Source: the human T2T-CHM13v2.0 reference genome, Homo sapiens
Reading direction: 5' to 3' (one strand)
Length of the DNA: 64,000 nucleotides
Assembly (NCBI RefSeq): GCF_009914755.1
Contig: NC_060935.1
Below, piece after piece: positions 17,398 through 41,597 of the stretch. Within the stretch, counting starts at the first letter, position 1. The number at the start of each line of letters is the position of its first letter. Both the position numbers and the translations under genes were made by a program. Under the pieces are notes generated by a model. It searched no databases and was not told the origin of the DNA. It was given only the letters and a program-made list of their open reading frames with translations.

Positions 17398-17453
17398 CTT
17401 TGAAGTTAGCCGAAGAGTTGCTTGTAGCAATTTCCTTCCAGCTGGCAATGTAC
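17398..17453 (-). CDS. C11orf65: C11orf65 exon, 56 nt: (E)YIASWKEIATSNSSANFK(G)
   Basis: Acceptor cttag|G and donor AAG|gtaggt; frame continuous with neighbours. Confidence 0.93.
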
Positions 17454-18277
17454 CTAAGCACATTATATGAGGATTCATTAAATTTAATCGATTCATTAGT
17501 ACATACTTAGACTACTTCTAAAATTCCACTTTTCAGAAATCTTAGATTAATGATGGCATGTTCACTAGCCTCCATGTGTAACTCTCATGACTTTCTCACC
17601 TTCTAGTAGTTCACATCCAGCTAAGAACCTTCAGGACAAGGAGTTGAAGGAGGTATAAAAATGGTGCCCACCATCTGCCATACTTAGTGTCCTTTCACCT
17701 CCCTCTAGCATGCCCCCTCATTTTATCCTGTTAATTCCAGAAAGATCATGTCCTCAGCTGAGTGTTTACTAAGAAGTTAGTTAATAACATCCAAATTTAA
17801 AGCATGGGCAGAAAACTCTCCTGGAGACAACAACAAAAACTTTCTCCTTTGTTCTGGATTACCAGATTCACTGTCTCTGATACGTGAAGGGAAATTTAAA
17901 GCATCTAGTTTCTGAGCTCATTAGAGCAGCAGCGCTGTCTTTGCAGTGTCCAGAACACGTTAAGAGATACATTTAGGTATGGCAAATGCAGCTGTCACCT
18001 CAGCTCCTGAACAGAGACTGAAATAGAGAGACGAGGGTTGCCTGAGAAGAGGTAGAATAGGGAAGGACAAGGTACAACCTTCTGTGAGGATGATGGAAAA
18101 GCACCAAGAGGCAGGTTTCCTAAGATTTATTTCACCTTAGGCTCCATATCCCACTTTCCTAAGGTGCCTTTACAACTGCACCCACTTTAATCAAAAAATC
18201 AGGTCAGGATTTGGTTACAGTAGGTGCTAAAAGGGAGCTAGCACAGAGAGGTGGAGAATTAGAACTGTCACGTAATT

Positions 18278-18914
<637 letters not shown>

Positions 18915-19019
18915 TAATTATTTGTTCCATTTGAATTATTTTTACTTCTGTCAACCCTGTGCTCCTGAAGTTTTTTGCAGTAGGAGGGTATATACTTCCA
19001 ACAGTATTTAATACTTATT

Positions 19020-19344
<325 letters not shown>

Positions 19345-21149
19345 TGAATTTGGCTCCTTCTCACTACTGCTACCCCTTGGTGCTCTGCGAACTTTCTTCA
19401 ATGGCCTTCAATAGGATACTGCTGGGTGACTTAAATGAAAGGATGCAGGACAAGAGCAGGTGGTGTAACTCCTTCCACAATCTCTCAGTAGGCAATTCAG
19501 TTTGGTTTGACCTTAAATTTTAGCAGACTTTGTGCTTTCAGTGGTTGCTCAGGAGCACTATAAAGAGTCATCCTGCTTGCTTGGATTTATACACAGAAAA
19601 GACTTTCATTCCACCTTCAAGAAACCAAGATAAAAGACCTTGATCGATAGTGTGCTGAGCCCTGACAATCTGGGGCACAAACACTTACCATAGCTAGGCC
19701 CCATCACTGTCCCTGCTTTATCCAAGATTAGCACATGACTTTTATTCCATTATTTTAAAAAGAACTTCTCATAAAGAACATACCAGCAGTAATTGATAAG
19801 AAATCTAAGTTTTACAGACATAGAAGCAAGTCTGATGAAAGCACTACCATGCTGTTTATATCACAGAGCTCATCTTTCTCACGAAGAAATTTGTAGAAAT
19901 TTTTAGATAATAGTTATCAAGTGTGTGTGCAGTCTACAATGAATCCATTTGTTAAATTACAAATTTAACACTTTAAGAGCTCAGAAAAAGTCCCTAGCCA
20001 GAGAGGTCACAAAACTACATATCTTAGAAATCAAAGGAGCAGCTTCAGATATAGAAACTATCCATAACAGACATAGGCACAGAGCTCTCCCCAACAGAGT
20101 ATCAGGAAATTATTTAATATTTTCTAGCTGGTGATTGCTTAATAGGTATGTCAAAATTCACTTGCTGTTTGAAAAACGTGATGATCCTGGAAGAGGAACA
20201 TCTGAATATCCATTAGGATGAATGCCAGCAAAAGCCACGGTAGCTGTCCTGTGGCATTGTGCATAACTCCGTGATGGTGATGTGGGGATTGTTCTGGGTT
20301 CTAAACAGCTGCAGCAACATAGCTCTGGATACAGGAATTTGCAACAGTACTCATTAGTGTGTTTGAGTCCACTAGTGAAACTGGCTCTATCCATTCTTCC
20401 AAATGATAATAACAATGTTCGGTTAATAGTTGCAGTACGCATCTGAAGATGGACATGGTTTCATCTCAGGAGAGCATCGGTCTGTCATAACGGACTAGAA
20501 CAAAAGCCTTTGGGGAGAAACTGGTTGTTATCACTAAATATCAGTGTTCAAGGCATTTATGCCATTCTAACTGTCCAACTGTAGAAAAATGTCCATAGAC
20601 GTTGAAGGATACTTTCCAAGGAATTAGGGGTGACCAATTCTCTAGAGGGGACAAATGTCAGACTTTTAAATTTTCATCAAACAAGGTGTCACCAAGCCAG
20701 TTACAAATATCTAGAGGTCTACAAAGGTCAAACGGGGAAGTAGACTGTGGAGACCATAAATGTGCTGGAAAGAAGGGGCTTATGCCTAATGTCTGCAGTT
20801 AGCTAGGGGAAGGCCTTTGCAAAGTTTGGTCTTACTGAGATAATCAGTGCTTGTGGCCAAGTAGTGCTACTGAAATATACCCAGATAATCACACTTGAAA
20901 TTTCATCTGAAATTTTTGTTGTTCAAGGCTCAATGTAAAACCTTGCTAAGAGTCCATGTTGGTACAAAATTATGAGTATCCTCAACTCAGAAGATAAACT
21001 GATAGAAATTATACATAACTTGGAAGCAAGGTATTTGCATTTTTTTAATGGAAATTTTCAGTTGCTCTTATCATCTGAAAGCTAGGTATATCCATCCCAC
21101 TCCTATATGCTATGAAGAAATTGCTTCAAGTCTTACTGGTTTATCCTGG

Positions 21150-21802
<653 letters not shown>

Positions 21803-22379
21803 TGTTTTTTGTTTTTTAAAGGGAAGCCATTAAGACTTCACCTACTATCACTTAGCGGATGATGGCGGGGAAAGTCTTATGTGGACCGAGATGCCTATTT
21901 TTTCTTCCCTTTGAACTCAATGGTTTTATTCTTTTTATATTCCAGTAATGACAGAATATAGAATATCTGGTATCAATTTTTTGTACTTGTTTGCCGGCCC
22001 TTAGCTTGAATCAGCCAATGGTACAAGGGAAAGGCAGAGCAGGATTTCAAAAGCTCACCTGAGAAAATTCTCTATCCAGTCCTGGGAAACTCATTCAAAA
22101 TGGACCTCTCCTACCTCTCTTTCCCTTTCTTCCCTCTCTTTTCCACTCAGCAATTTTTACTCTTAGGAAGAAAAGTAAAAGCAAGGCATTGCAGCTCCTT
22201 TGTTTGGCTGTCATTTCTTGCATCATTATTACCATCTGCATTTGTTCAGTGTCCCAGGAACTACAGACATGCTGTCTATAGGGAATCTCAAGACTGAGGT
22301 CTGCACAAAATATTGGGGTTATTGAATCATAGCAATTTCTTCTTATTTAAAAATATTTTAAAGCATCTACTATGGACAC

Positions 22380-22700
22380 TTAGTCCTTTATTTTTTATCT
22401 TTTCCTTATTATTTTCTGATCTATCCTTCTCATCAGTATCTTCTTTTTTCTTTTATTCTTGTTTTGATTTTCCTTTGTCTTGATCATTCTTCCCCCTTTT
22501 TCTTCATTTATCTTTCCTTGCATCATTATTCTCTCCCCTGCTTCCTCTGGCTTCTTTTTTTCATGTTCTATTGTTCAATGACCATTAACTTGATTTTTCC
22601 TACCCCATTTTCTTATCTCACTTTTACTGATTTCTTCTGTTTTCTTACATTTCTTTACTTACACTATCTTCATTTAAATTTTTCTGCCTCTTCATGCAGT
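22380..22700. repeat. Pyrimidine-rich low-complexity tract
   Basis: Strong C/T bias on the + strand. Confidence 0.7.
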
Positions 22701-22734
22701 ATCCACATTCTTTATTGTAGTTGAGTAAATATTG

Positions 22735-24230
<1,496 letters not shown>

Positions 24231-24685
24231 TGGGGCTACATTAAATATTCTAAAATTTCCCCCACACAAGAAATCTTAAAAATGTTTTCTAAGGGCCATA
24301 GTACATCACTGAAAACTTATAACATTTTAGTGTCTCATACAGAAAGGTTAGGGAATATAGATGAAAGAAAACCTTTGTATTATTAATTTCATGCTCTTAG
24401 CCTTTTTTCTAAATCCCAAAGTAAGAAGCAAAGCAGACTAAAGCATAAGAATAAAGTCTAAGAATAAAGAGTCCTAAGTCTAATTTTCTGTTTACTATTT
24501 TTGGATCATTCATTTTCTTACCCCTCATGTCTTCTTCTGTTCTTTCTAGACAAATAATAGATACTCGGGTTTTTTTTTTCTTTGAAGATTGTTTGTGGCC
24601 CCAAGATTCAACAAGGAAATAGGAAATGTTAGAAAAAAACTATGATGACTGCCCTTGTTCCCCAAGAATAGCAACATGTACTTAC

Positions 24686-24856
24686 TCATCAAAGTTCAGT
24701 GTATTTGTCCAGTTCAGCACTTCATCCACTTCCCATTCCATCACAGAATCTATCCCCCCATCTTCAAAAGCTCTAATCAGCCCCTTTGTTGCAGTGTGAA
24801 TTAGTCCTAGAGTTTCATGATGTGTTGACTTAGCCTCCAGACTTCCTGAGTAGTAC
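24686..24856 (-). CDS. C11orf65: C11orf65 exon, 171 nt: (M)YYSGSLEAKSTHHETLG...WTNTLNFD(E)
   Basis: Acceptor tatttag|G and donor GA|gtaagt; open frame. Confidence 0.94.
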
Positions 24857-25377
24857 CTAAATAGGCAAAAGGGAAAGAGAAGTAAATCTTTTGAAATAGG
24901 AGATTACAAGTAGATACAGGCAATATATATTGTTGCTATTTACATATTAAAACTATTTGCATATTGAATAAAGTTTTCATTCCTATATAACTCAGATGCA
25001 TCTAAACCAAGATCTATGTGATGGAATCTTCTGGGGGGAAAAGCAACTTAACCACACTAACTTAAAATCACCCCTCAATAAGTTGCATTTTTATGATACG
25101 AAGAAAAACTAAGTTATTAAATTGTTGAATCTTAGAATTATAGAGTGGAAAGGGTCTTAGAAACCAAATAACTAACCTACTCATTTTTATAGGTGAGGAA
25201 ATAAATCTTTGAGGAGTTAAGTAAATTTTACAAAATCAAGAGGCTAATAGCAGATAAAGAGGGAAGGAAAGTGAAAAAAGGAAAGAGAGGAAGAGGTAAA
25301 GGGAAAACAGATACCTTTTCTTTGTGCCAGGTACTTTTCATACAGTCTTATTTAATTCTTTTTAAAAAGACACAGCC

Positions 25378-28820
<3,443 letters not shown>

Positions 28821-29254
28821 CATAAAATTTGTCTTCGTAGGTAATTTTGCAATATATTTTTAGTTGTATTCACCTTAACATGATCTTATATTCTTTCTAA
28901 ACTAGGAAATTTAGAGGGAAAGAATATTATAAGAAATGTTTGTCTAAATGTCACAACAGAGAGAGAAGTTAAAACAACAAAGACCTAGGAAGAATCAAAG
29001 CTTAAGTTGCAAAGGAGGTTGAGGAAAGCTAAGATCTATAGTACACAGGAAGGGACTAGATTTAAAAGCCAGAATTCTTTTAGTAAGATAGGGGTAAAAA
29101 ATAAAAATTTTGTTGATTTTGTTCATTACTGATTCTCAGCAACAGTCAGAATGAAGAGTGTTTAAATGCCATAAATGAACAAAGCACACAAAGTAAAATT
29201 TCTCATTCACCCCCTGCAACTCTATGAAAAGGAAATGTAACACCCAGTCATAAG

Positions 29255-30000
29255 AAAGCATTCATTCATTTATTTATTCTATAAGCAACATATATTCATT
29301 AAACATGAACTAAGTCTGAGATCCTGTGCTAATAAATAGAACAGAGTCTCTGCTCTGTAGGGACTCAAAGTTTAGTGGAGGTGGCAGACAAATACACAGT
29401 TAATTGCAAAAATGTGACCACTGAGTATATAAAAGATCCATGGGGCACATCAAAAGGAAGTACCTAATTGTGTCTAGGTATGTAAGGGAAGGTTTCAGAA
29501 GGAGCTATTTGGGCCAAGTATCAAAAGATGAAGATGTTGTTGCCATGCAGCTGAGCACCCTAGGGAGAGGAAATATCATGGGAGGTGTAGGTAACGGGGA
29601 GCCCTTAACATATTTTAAGTAAAGAAATTATTTCTGTCTTAGAAACATCAGTTTAGTGTTTATACAGAGAAGACGAAGGGACTAGAGACCAGGAAACTAA
29701 TTAGAAGGTAGATGAAAAATGATGAGACATCACAGTGGAGAATGAAAGAAAAGATCAGATTTGGGAGATATTTTGGAAGTGGAATTAATAGGACTTGATG
29801 ACAGATTACATGTAGGCACTAAAAGAGTGATAAATCTAGGATAAGCCCTCTGTTTCTGGCTTGGATGACTGGCTAAATGCAGTGTCATAAGCTGAGACCA
29901 GAAGAAATACTGAGAAGAAACAACTTTTGTGATGCGGAAGATTAGAAATTCAGTTTTGGAACTGTTGAGTTTGATATAGAAATGCCCACATAATTAGAAA
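29255..30000 (-). mobile_element. L2 fragment
   Basis: Starts with CATTCATTCATTT, followed by a purine-rich L2-like body. Confidence 0.6.
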
Positions 30001-30069
30001 TACAGAGCTCAGTTATGGATGACGATTGTGTTGAGGGTAAATAAACACAGGAAAGAAGAAGTAAAACGC

Positions 30070-34010
<3,941 letters not shown>

Positions 34011-35304
34011 GAGGTCTTCTGATTTTCTGCACAGGTTTTTAATTTTTTTTTTTTTACTATTTTATTGAGGTATGGTTGATGTACAATAAACTACACATAT
34101 TTAAATTGTACAATGTACAGTTTTGACATGTCTATATACCTGTAAATCCATCACTACAATAAAAAATAAATCTATCCATCACCCTCTGACGTTTCCTTGT
34201 ACTCCTTTGGAATCCCCCTCTCTTTTTCCTCTTTCCTATCTCCAGACAACTACTGATCTGATTTGTGTCACTTCAGATTTGTGTCTTCTAGAATTGTATG
34301 TGAATGGAATCATACAGTATGTATTCTTTTTTGATAGATTTATTTCATTCGGCATTATTTTGAGGTTCGTCCATGTCATTCTGTCTATCAGTAGTTCATT
34401 CTGTTGTACTGCTGCGTAGTATTCCTTTGTGTAGATATCCTACCACTTGCTTATCCATTCACCTGCTGATGCAAATTTGTGCTGTTTCTGGTTTTTCGCA
34501 ATTAAAATGACAAATAAACCAGCTATGAACATTCACATACAATCTTTCTGTGGACATGTTTTTATTTCTCTTGGGTAAGCATGTAGGGGTGGAATGACTA
34601 GGTAGAATATTTGGTGTGTTTACTTGTTTAAAAAAAAACTTGTCAAACCGTTTTCTGAAGTACACATTCTAATTTGCATTTGCTCCATATCCTTGCCAAC
34701 AATTGGCATGACAGACTATTTCAGTCATTCTAGTGGGTGTGTAGGGGTATCTCATTATCATTTTAGTTAGCACTTCTCTAATGATTAATCATAGTCACTG
34801 GTTGAGTTATGCTAATTTGCTAGGTATGTATCTTCACTGATGGAGTGTTTATTCAAATTTTTTGCCCACTTTAAAATGTGATTGTTTGAGAGGTTTTTTT
34901 TTTTTTTTTTTTTTTTTTACATATTCTTGATTCAAGAACTTTGTCAGATATATATTTTGCAAATGTTTTATCCCGGTCTATGGCTTTTAATTTTGATAAA
35001 GTAAAATTTAAAATTGTTTCTTTTATAGTTCCTGACTTCTATGTCCTCTTTAAAAAATCTTGGCCAGAACAAAAGGCACTAAGATTTTCTCCTTCAATTA
35101 CTTTTAGATGCTTTATGGTTTTTGCTCTTATATTTAGATCTATAATCTCTTTTCAGTTAATTTTACACATGCTGTAAGAGAACACTCAAGTTTCATTTTT
35201 CTGCATTTGAAAATCCAATTTGTTGAAAAGACTATTTTTTCCCAATTAAGTTCCCTTGGCACCTCTGTTGAAAATTAATTAACAATATACATGGGGGTTT
35301 ATTT

Positions 35305-36214
<910 letters not shown>

Positions 36215-36343
36215 ACATGGGGGTTTATTTCACAATTCCATATTCTGTTCCATTGACCTATATTTCTGTCTATATGCCAATACCACAATGTCATGATTAC
36301 AGTAGCTTTATAAGTCTTGAAATCAAGTAGTATAGTTCTCCAA

Positions 36344-36851
36344 TGTTGGGATTCGATCAGGCTGCTGGGAAAAATATTAGTTATGATGGCCACAAAACCT
36401 TTTTGGAAGGCCTGAGGGTTTTCACATGACCTCGGTAACAGACCGGGCCGAAGGCGGCCTGGTCCCATTAACTTTAGTTAAAAAGATTAAAGTAGTAAAC
36501 AACGGGATGTGGCGAAGTTTTACCTAGTTAGCTTGTTTACTCATGCGGTCTTAAGACAAGCCTTTGATGTGTGCTTTTTACTCGGGAAGTCCACAATGTC
36601 AGTTAGCCTCTAATGGCGTTCACTCAAACTTTTGTTAACTAATCTTAATGAATAAATATGAGTCTCCCTAGCTGATTGGGGCCAGCTGCAGTGACAAGCC
36701 TCTCTTGGTGTGTAGGCGGTTGGACACTCAGCAGGACTGGCAAAACAGAATATCTGTGTGTCAGTGTGCGTTTTATTCATCTGTCGTTTGGGTCAGGGTC
36801 TGCGGGCAGACCCCCTGCAGCTAATGCCCTCTTGTGAGGAGCAATACCTCA
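36344..36851 (+). mobile_element. Solo LTR, LTR22-like (HERV-K22/HML-5)
   Basis: TG...CA ends, ~508 bp, AATAAA at ~36650, 3' motif GGGTCTGCGGGCAGACCCCC. Confidence 0.72.
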
Positions 36852-36914
36852 TTTCAAATTTGTTTTTTTCCCAAAATACTACGTATTTCCTTAGTAAGTG
36901 TTTCATCAACTTAC

Positions 36915-37045
36915 ATTTGCCTCATCCACTCTATTTTTCTAAGTTTTCTTTTCTTTTCCAAATCTTGCCTTCTCTTCAGTTTAGAGAAATGGAATTCACT
37001 TTCCTTTTTGTCTTCCACCACCATACCATCAGTAGATAGCCAAAA
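36915..37045 (-). CDS. C11orf65: C11orf65 exon, 131 nt: FWLSTDGMVVEDKKESEF...KIEWMRQ(M)
   Basis: Acceptor tctcaatag| and donor AT|gtaagt; open frame. Confidence 0.93.
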
Positions 37046-38248
37046 CTATTGAGAAACAAAAATGAACATACAAAATGTTGAAATATCGATTGTGAGGTTA
37101 TCTGGCAATAGACAAGAACTTCTATGTGTTCAGTAGGAATATGGCAAGATAGAAACAGAGGAGAGGATAGATACTTTCAAGGTATTTCTAATTAAGTGAT
37201 GGGTGAGTAGTACACTCAGCCTTCAGAAGCACATGCTACAGATAGATCAACAAAGTACTAGTGTACTGAGGTGCTTAATAAGTGTTGAATGGATAAATAA
37301 ACAGATATATTCTAAGAGTGTCTCATCTTCTCACATGAATAGACCTGACCTACTCTTAGTGCTGATGGCTTTTGATGACTCTAATCCTCAAGGAGTACAG
37401 CCACCCTTCAGGAATGCAGAAGTCCCTGTACCATGTCCTAAGACTTTGTGGTTTCCCCGTTATGACATTTTCTCCTAACTGGTTGTCTATTTTCCCCCTT
37501 CCAACTCATTCCCCCTGCTCTATCACACATACCCTAGATAATAAGGAAAGTTTGTTAATCCTTCCAAACACTATATATTTGCCCTTATTAAACCACTTAA
37601 CATGTTTACCACACTGTACTGAAATATCCTGTTTACTTGACTGTCTCCCTAATTGAAAGGCAAACTACTTAAGTCTATCCCCTGCATCCAGAACAATGTC
37701 TGGTATATGGTTGATATGCAATAGTTTATTATTAAACAAATGAATGAATTCATACCTTGATCATTTTCACTTTTCATACTTGGTATATTCTTTTGTGTTT
37801 GTTTTTGTTGTTGTTGTTAGTTTGTTTTTTGAGACAGAGTCTCACTCTGTCGCCCAGGCTGAAGTGCAGTGGTGCCATCTCAGCTCAAAGTGCTGGGATT
37901 ACAGGCATGAGCCACAGAGCCTGGTCATACTTAGTGTTAATATATTCAACATACCAAATTCTACAATCCGTATACTGGGTATATAATCTGCTGAGTACCA
38001 GAGAGTATCTAAAGATGGTCTAGATTCAAAGCTGATAATTAAAAGTAGAAATAAATGTAGTAAGAAAAAGATAAATTGCTGTGCCTTGAAGTATTATTAG
38101 CAACCCCTGAGTAGCTAACTTAAGCAAAATTTATCAATTAAATTACTAGGATTTATTATTTTAAAAAATAATTTTAAAATTAATTTTTGAAAAGACAAAT
38201 GGGTTTCTAAATACGTAAGGTTAAAAATTAACATTTCTCTTTTCTTAC

Positions 38249-38449
38249 TGTATCAGAAACTGGCCTCCAGCCATTGTTTTCTATACGATGATACCAGCCA
38301 CTATGATCCTCTTCCTGAAGATGATCATTTTTATTATGAGATGTATGCTTTGCTGGAAGTTTTGCATAATTTCTAGGGCTGTTAGCACAGAGATCTTCAA
38401 TAGGTCTGTGAGTAAAAATCTTATAGTATATATCAGGTGGAAATTTAAC
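38249..38449 (-). CDS. C11orf65: C11orf65 exon, 201 nt: VKFPPDIYYKIFTHRPIEDLC...NNGWRPVSDT
   Basis: Acceptor ttctacag|G and donor ACA|gtaaga; open frame. Confidence 0.94.
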
Positions 38450-38581
38450 CTGTAGAAGGAAAAGTTCAAAGAGCCATTGTAATGTAACTACAAAAATGTT
38501 TTACATTTTGAAAAATTACATTGTTTCAATTTCATAAAAATGTGCTTTATAACTACTAAATAAGCATTCATCCATACTTAC

Positions 38582-38635
38582 TCCACCTAATCTGAATCGC
38601 ACATGAATGCCAGCAGCAGCATCTAGAAGCTCTGC
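38582..38635 (-). CDS. C11orf65: C11orf65 exon, 54 nt: AELLDAAAGIHVRFRLGG
   Basis: Acceptor ttcttatag|G and donor GGA|gtaagt; 132-nt intron to the next exon. Confidence 0.94.
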
Positions 38636-38786
38636 CTATAAGAAAATATATTATTCTTATATATTATTCTTCAGGATTCTGTATGTATCAATTCACTATT
38701 TCTCACTCTATTATTTTAAATAATTGCTAAATATTGACTATTTAGGAAATCAGTCAGGTGAACCAACCTCAAATAATCAATTTTAA

Positions 38787-39457
<671 letters not shown>

Positions 39458-39484
39458 TATTTTATGAGCTAAGGACTTAATTTC

Positions 39485-39486
<2 letters not shown>

Positions 39487-39528
<42 letters not shown>

Positions 39529-39624
39529 TTATTATTACACTTTAAGTTTTAGGGTACATGTGCACAATGTGCAGGTTAGTTACATAGGTATACATGTGCC
39601 ATGCTGGTGCGCTGCACCCACTAA
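39487..39624 (-). mobile_element. Very short 5'-truncated young L1 (L1PA2/3-like) with (TTA)n tail
   Basis: Perfect TSD AAGGACTTAATTTCTT at 39471-39486 and 39625-39640; diagnostic TTAGTGGGTGCAGCGCACC. Confidence 0.9.
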
Positions 39625-39891
39625 AAGGACTTAATTTCTTATGGACATCTATGGTAAATGAAAAAATGATACCAAACTGTTTCCTTTTTATGCAATATAT
39701 AAACATAAAAGCCAAGTAATTTTTTAGTCATAAAACTTAACTTTTAAATAACTCCTCAAATATTACATATAAAATATTATCTTGCAGGTAAATTCAAAGA
39801 AAAAATTATGACTGATCAACCTAAATTCAACAGTAGATGACCTTTCCTAATTAGCTATTGTTAAATTTAAAAATCCATGTTTAAAATTCTG

Positions 39892-40230
39892 GGCCGGGCG
39901 TGGTGGCTCACACCTGTAATCCCAACACTTTGGGAAGCCGAGGAGGGTGGATTGTTTGAGGTCAGGAGTTCCGAAGCCAGCCTGGCCAACATGGTGAAAC
40001 CCTGTCTCTACTAAAAATACAAAAATTAGCTGGGTGTGGTGTCGGATGCCTGTAATTCCAGCTACTCTGGAGGCTGAGGCAGGAGAATCGCTTGAACCAG
40101 GGAGGTGGAGGCTTCAGTGAGCAGAGATTGCACCACTGCACTCCAGCCTGGGCAACAGAGACTCTGTCTCAATAAATAAAATAAAATAAAATAAAATAAA
40201 ATAAAATAAAATAAAATAAAATAAAATAAT
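39892..40230 (+). mobile_element. AluS with (AAAAT)n tail
   Basis: Full Alu dimer. Confidence 0.9.
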
Positions 40231-40904
40231 ATAAGAATTGTATATAATAGGTTTTCTAGATTTTAGTTTGGTATGCAGCACCAAATGGAAAGTAGAGAAA
40301 AAAATTCTTGGTCCTTTATCGGAAGACAGTTCAATCTTGTCTCCTGATCATATTAGGTTAGATCAGAAAATAGATGTTATTCAACCTATAGAGTCTTAAA
40401 GACAACATTAATTTTGCAGAATAATCTTCTCTTGACTAAAACTTTTATGAATTCAAATATGAAGTGTGAGATCCTGTTATAAAACATATTTTCTATATTT
40501 GAGCCATAATAATATATACACATTTTTTTCACTAAGGTGGACAGATCTTAAGTGTACAGCTCCATGAATTTTTACATATGTATTGTACTCTCTTGTGCTT
40601 GGCTTATTTTGCTCAACATGAATCTGTGATAAATCTCTAAGATTCGTGTATGTAGTTGTAGATAGCAGCAGTTAGTTCTTTTTCACTGCTATCTAACATT
40701 CCATCATATAATAGAATATATGACAATTTATATTATTGTTGGACATTTGATATGTCTCTAGTTTTGGGTTAAAATGAATAAAACTACTCATTCTGTGAAC
40801 ATTCATTTTTATGTCTTCTGTGGGTTATAACAATCATTTCTCTTTGTTACATACCCAGGAATGAAATATGAGAGGTCATGAGGTATATATGGTATGTAAG
40901 TATA

Positions 40905-41597
40905 CAGATGGCCCCGACTTAAAGTGGTTCAACTTACAATTTTGACTACAATGGTGTGAAAGTGATATGCATTCAGTAGAAATCATACTTCACATTTTGA
41001 ATTTTGATCTTTTCCCAGGCTAGCAATATGTGGTATGATGCTCTTGTCGTGATGCTGGGCAGTGGCAGCAAGCCACAGCTTCCAGTCAGCCACATGATCA
41101 TGAGGGTAAACAACTGATACTCTACAGCAGGGGTCCCCAACCCCCAGGCCATGGACTGGTACCAGTCCATGGCCTGTTAAGACTGGGCCACACAGCAGGA
41201 GGTGAGCGGCAGGAGCATTACTGCCTGAGCTCCCCATCCTGTCAGATCAGCAGCAACATTAGATTCTCATAGGTGCACAAACCCTCTTGTGAACTGCACA
41301 CGCACAGGATCTAGGTTGCATACGCCTTATGAGAATCTAATGCCTTGATGATCTGCGGTGGAACAGTTTCATCCCAAAACCATCCTCCACATCCCAAGTC
41401 TGTGGTAAAATTATCTTCCACTAAACCGGTCCCTGGCACCAAAAAGTTAGGACTGCTGCTCTACAGTATAGACTAAGTTAAATTGGTAAGTTATGTTTGG
41501 CAGGTTAGGTATATTAAGTGCAGTTTTTGCTTATGATATTTTCACCTTACAATGAGTTTATCTTAACATAACCCTGCCATAAGCCAAGGAGCATCTG
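40905..41597. mobile_element. MER47-like TcMar-Tigger DNA transposon
   Basis: Terminal inverted repeats CAGATGGCCCCGACTTA...TAAGCCAAGGAGCATCTG flanked by TA. Confidence 0.8.
41128..41458 (+). mobile_element. MER1B hAT-Charlie DNA transposon nested in MER47
   Basis: CAGGGGTCCCCAACC start, ~330 bp, 8-bp TSD CTCTACAG at 41120-41127 and 41459-41466. Confidence 0.88.

Noticed and set aside
19680-19700. Consensus donor ATG|GTAAGT on the minus strand
   Set aside because: No convincing upstream acceptor or open frame; such motifs arise by chance.
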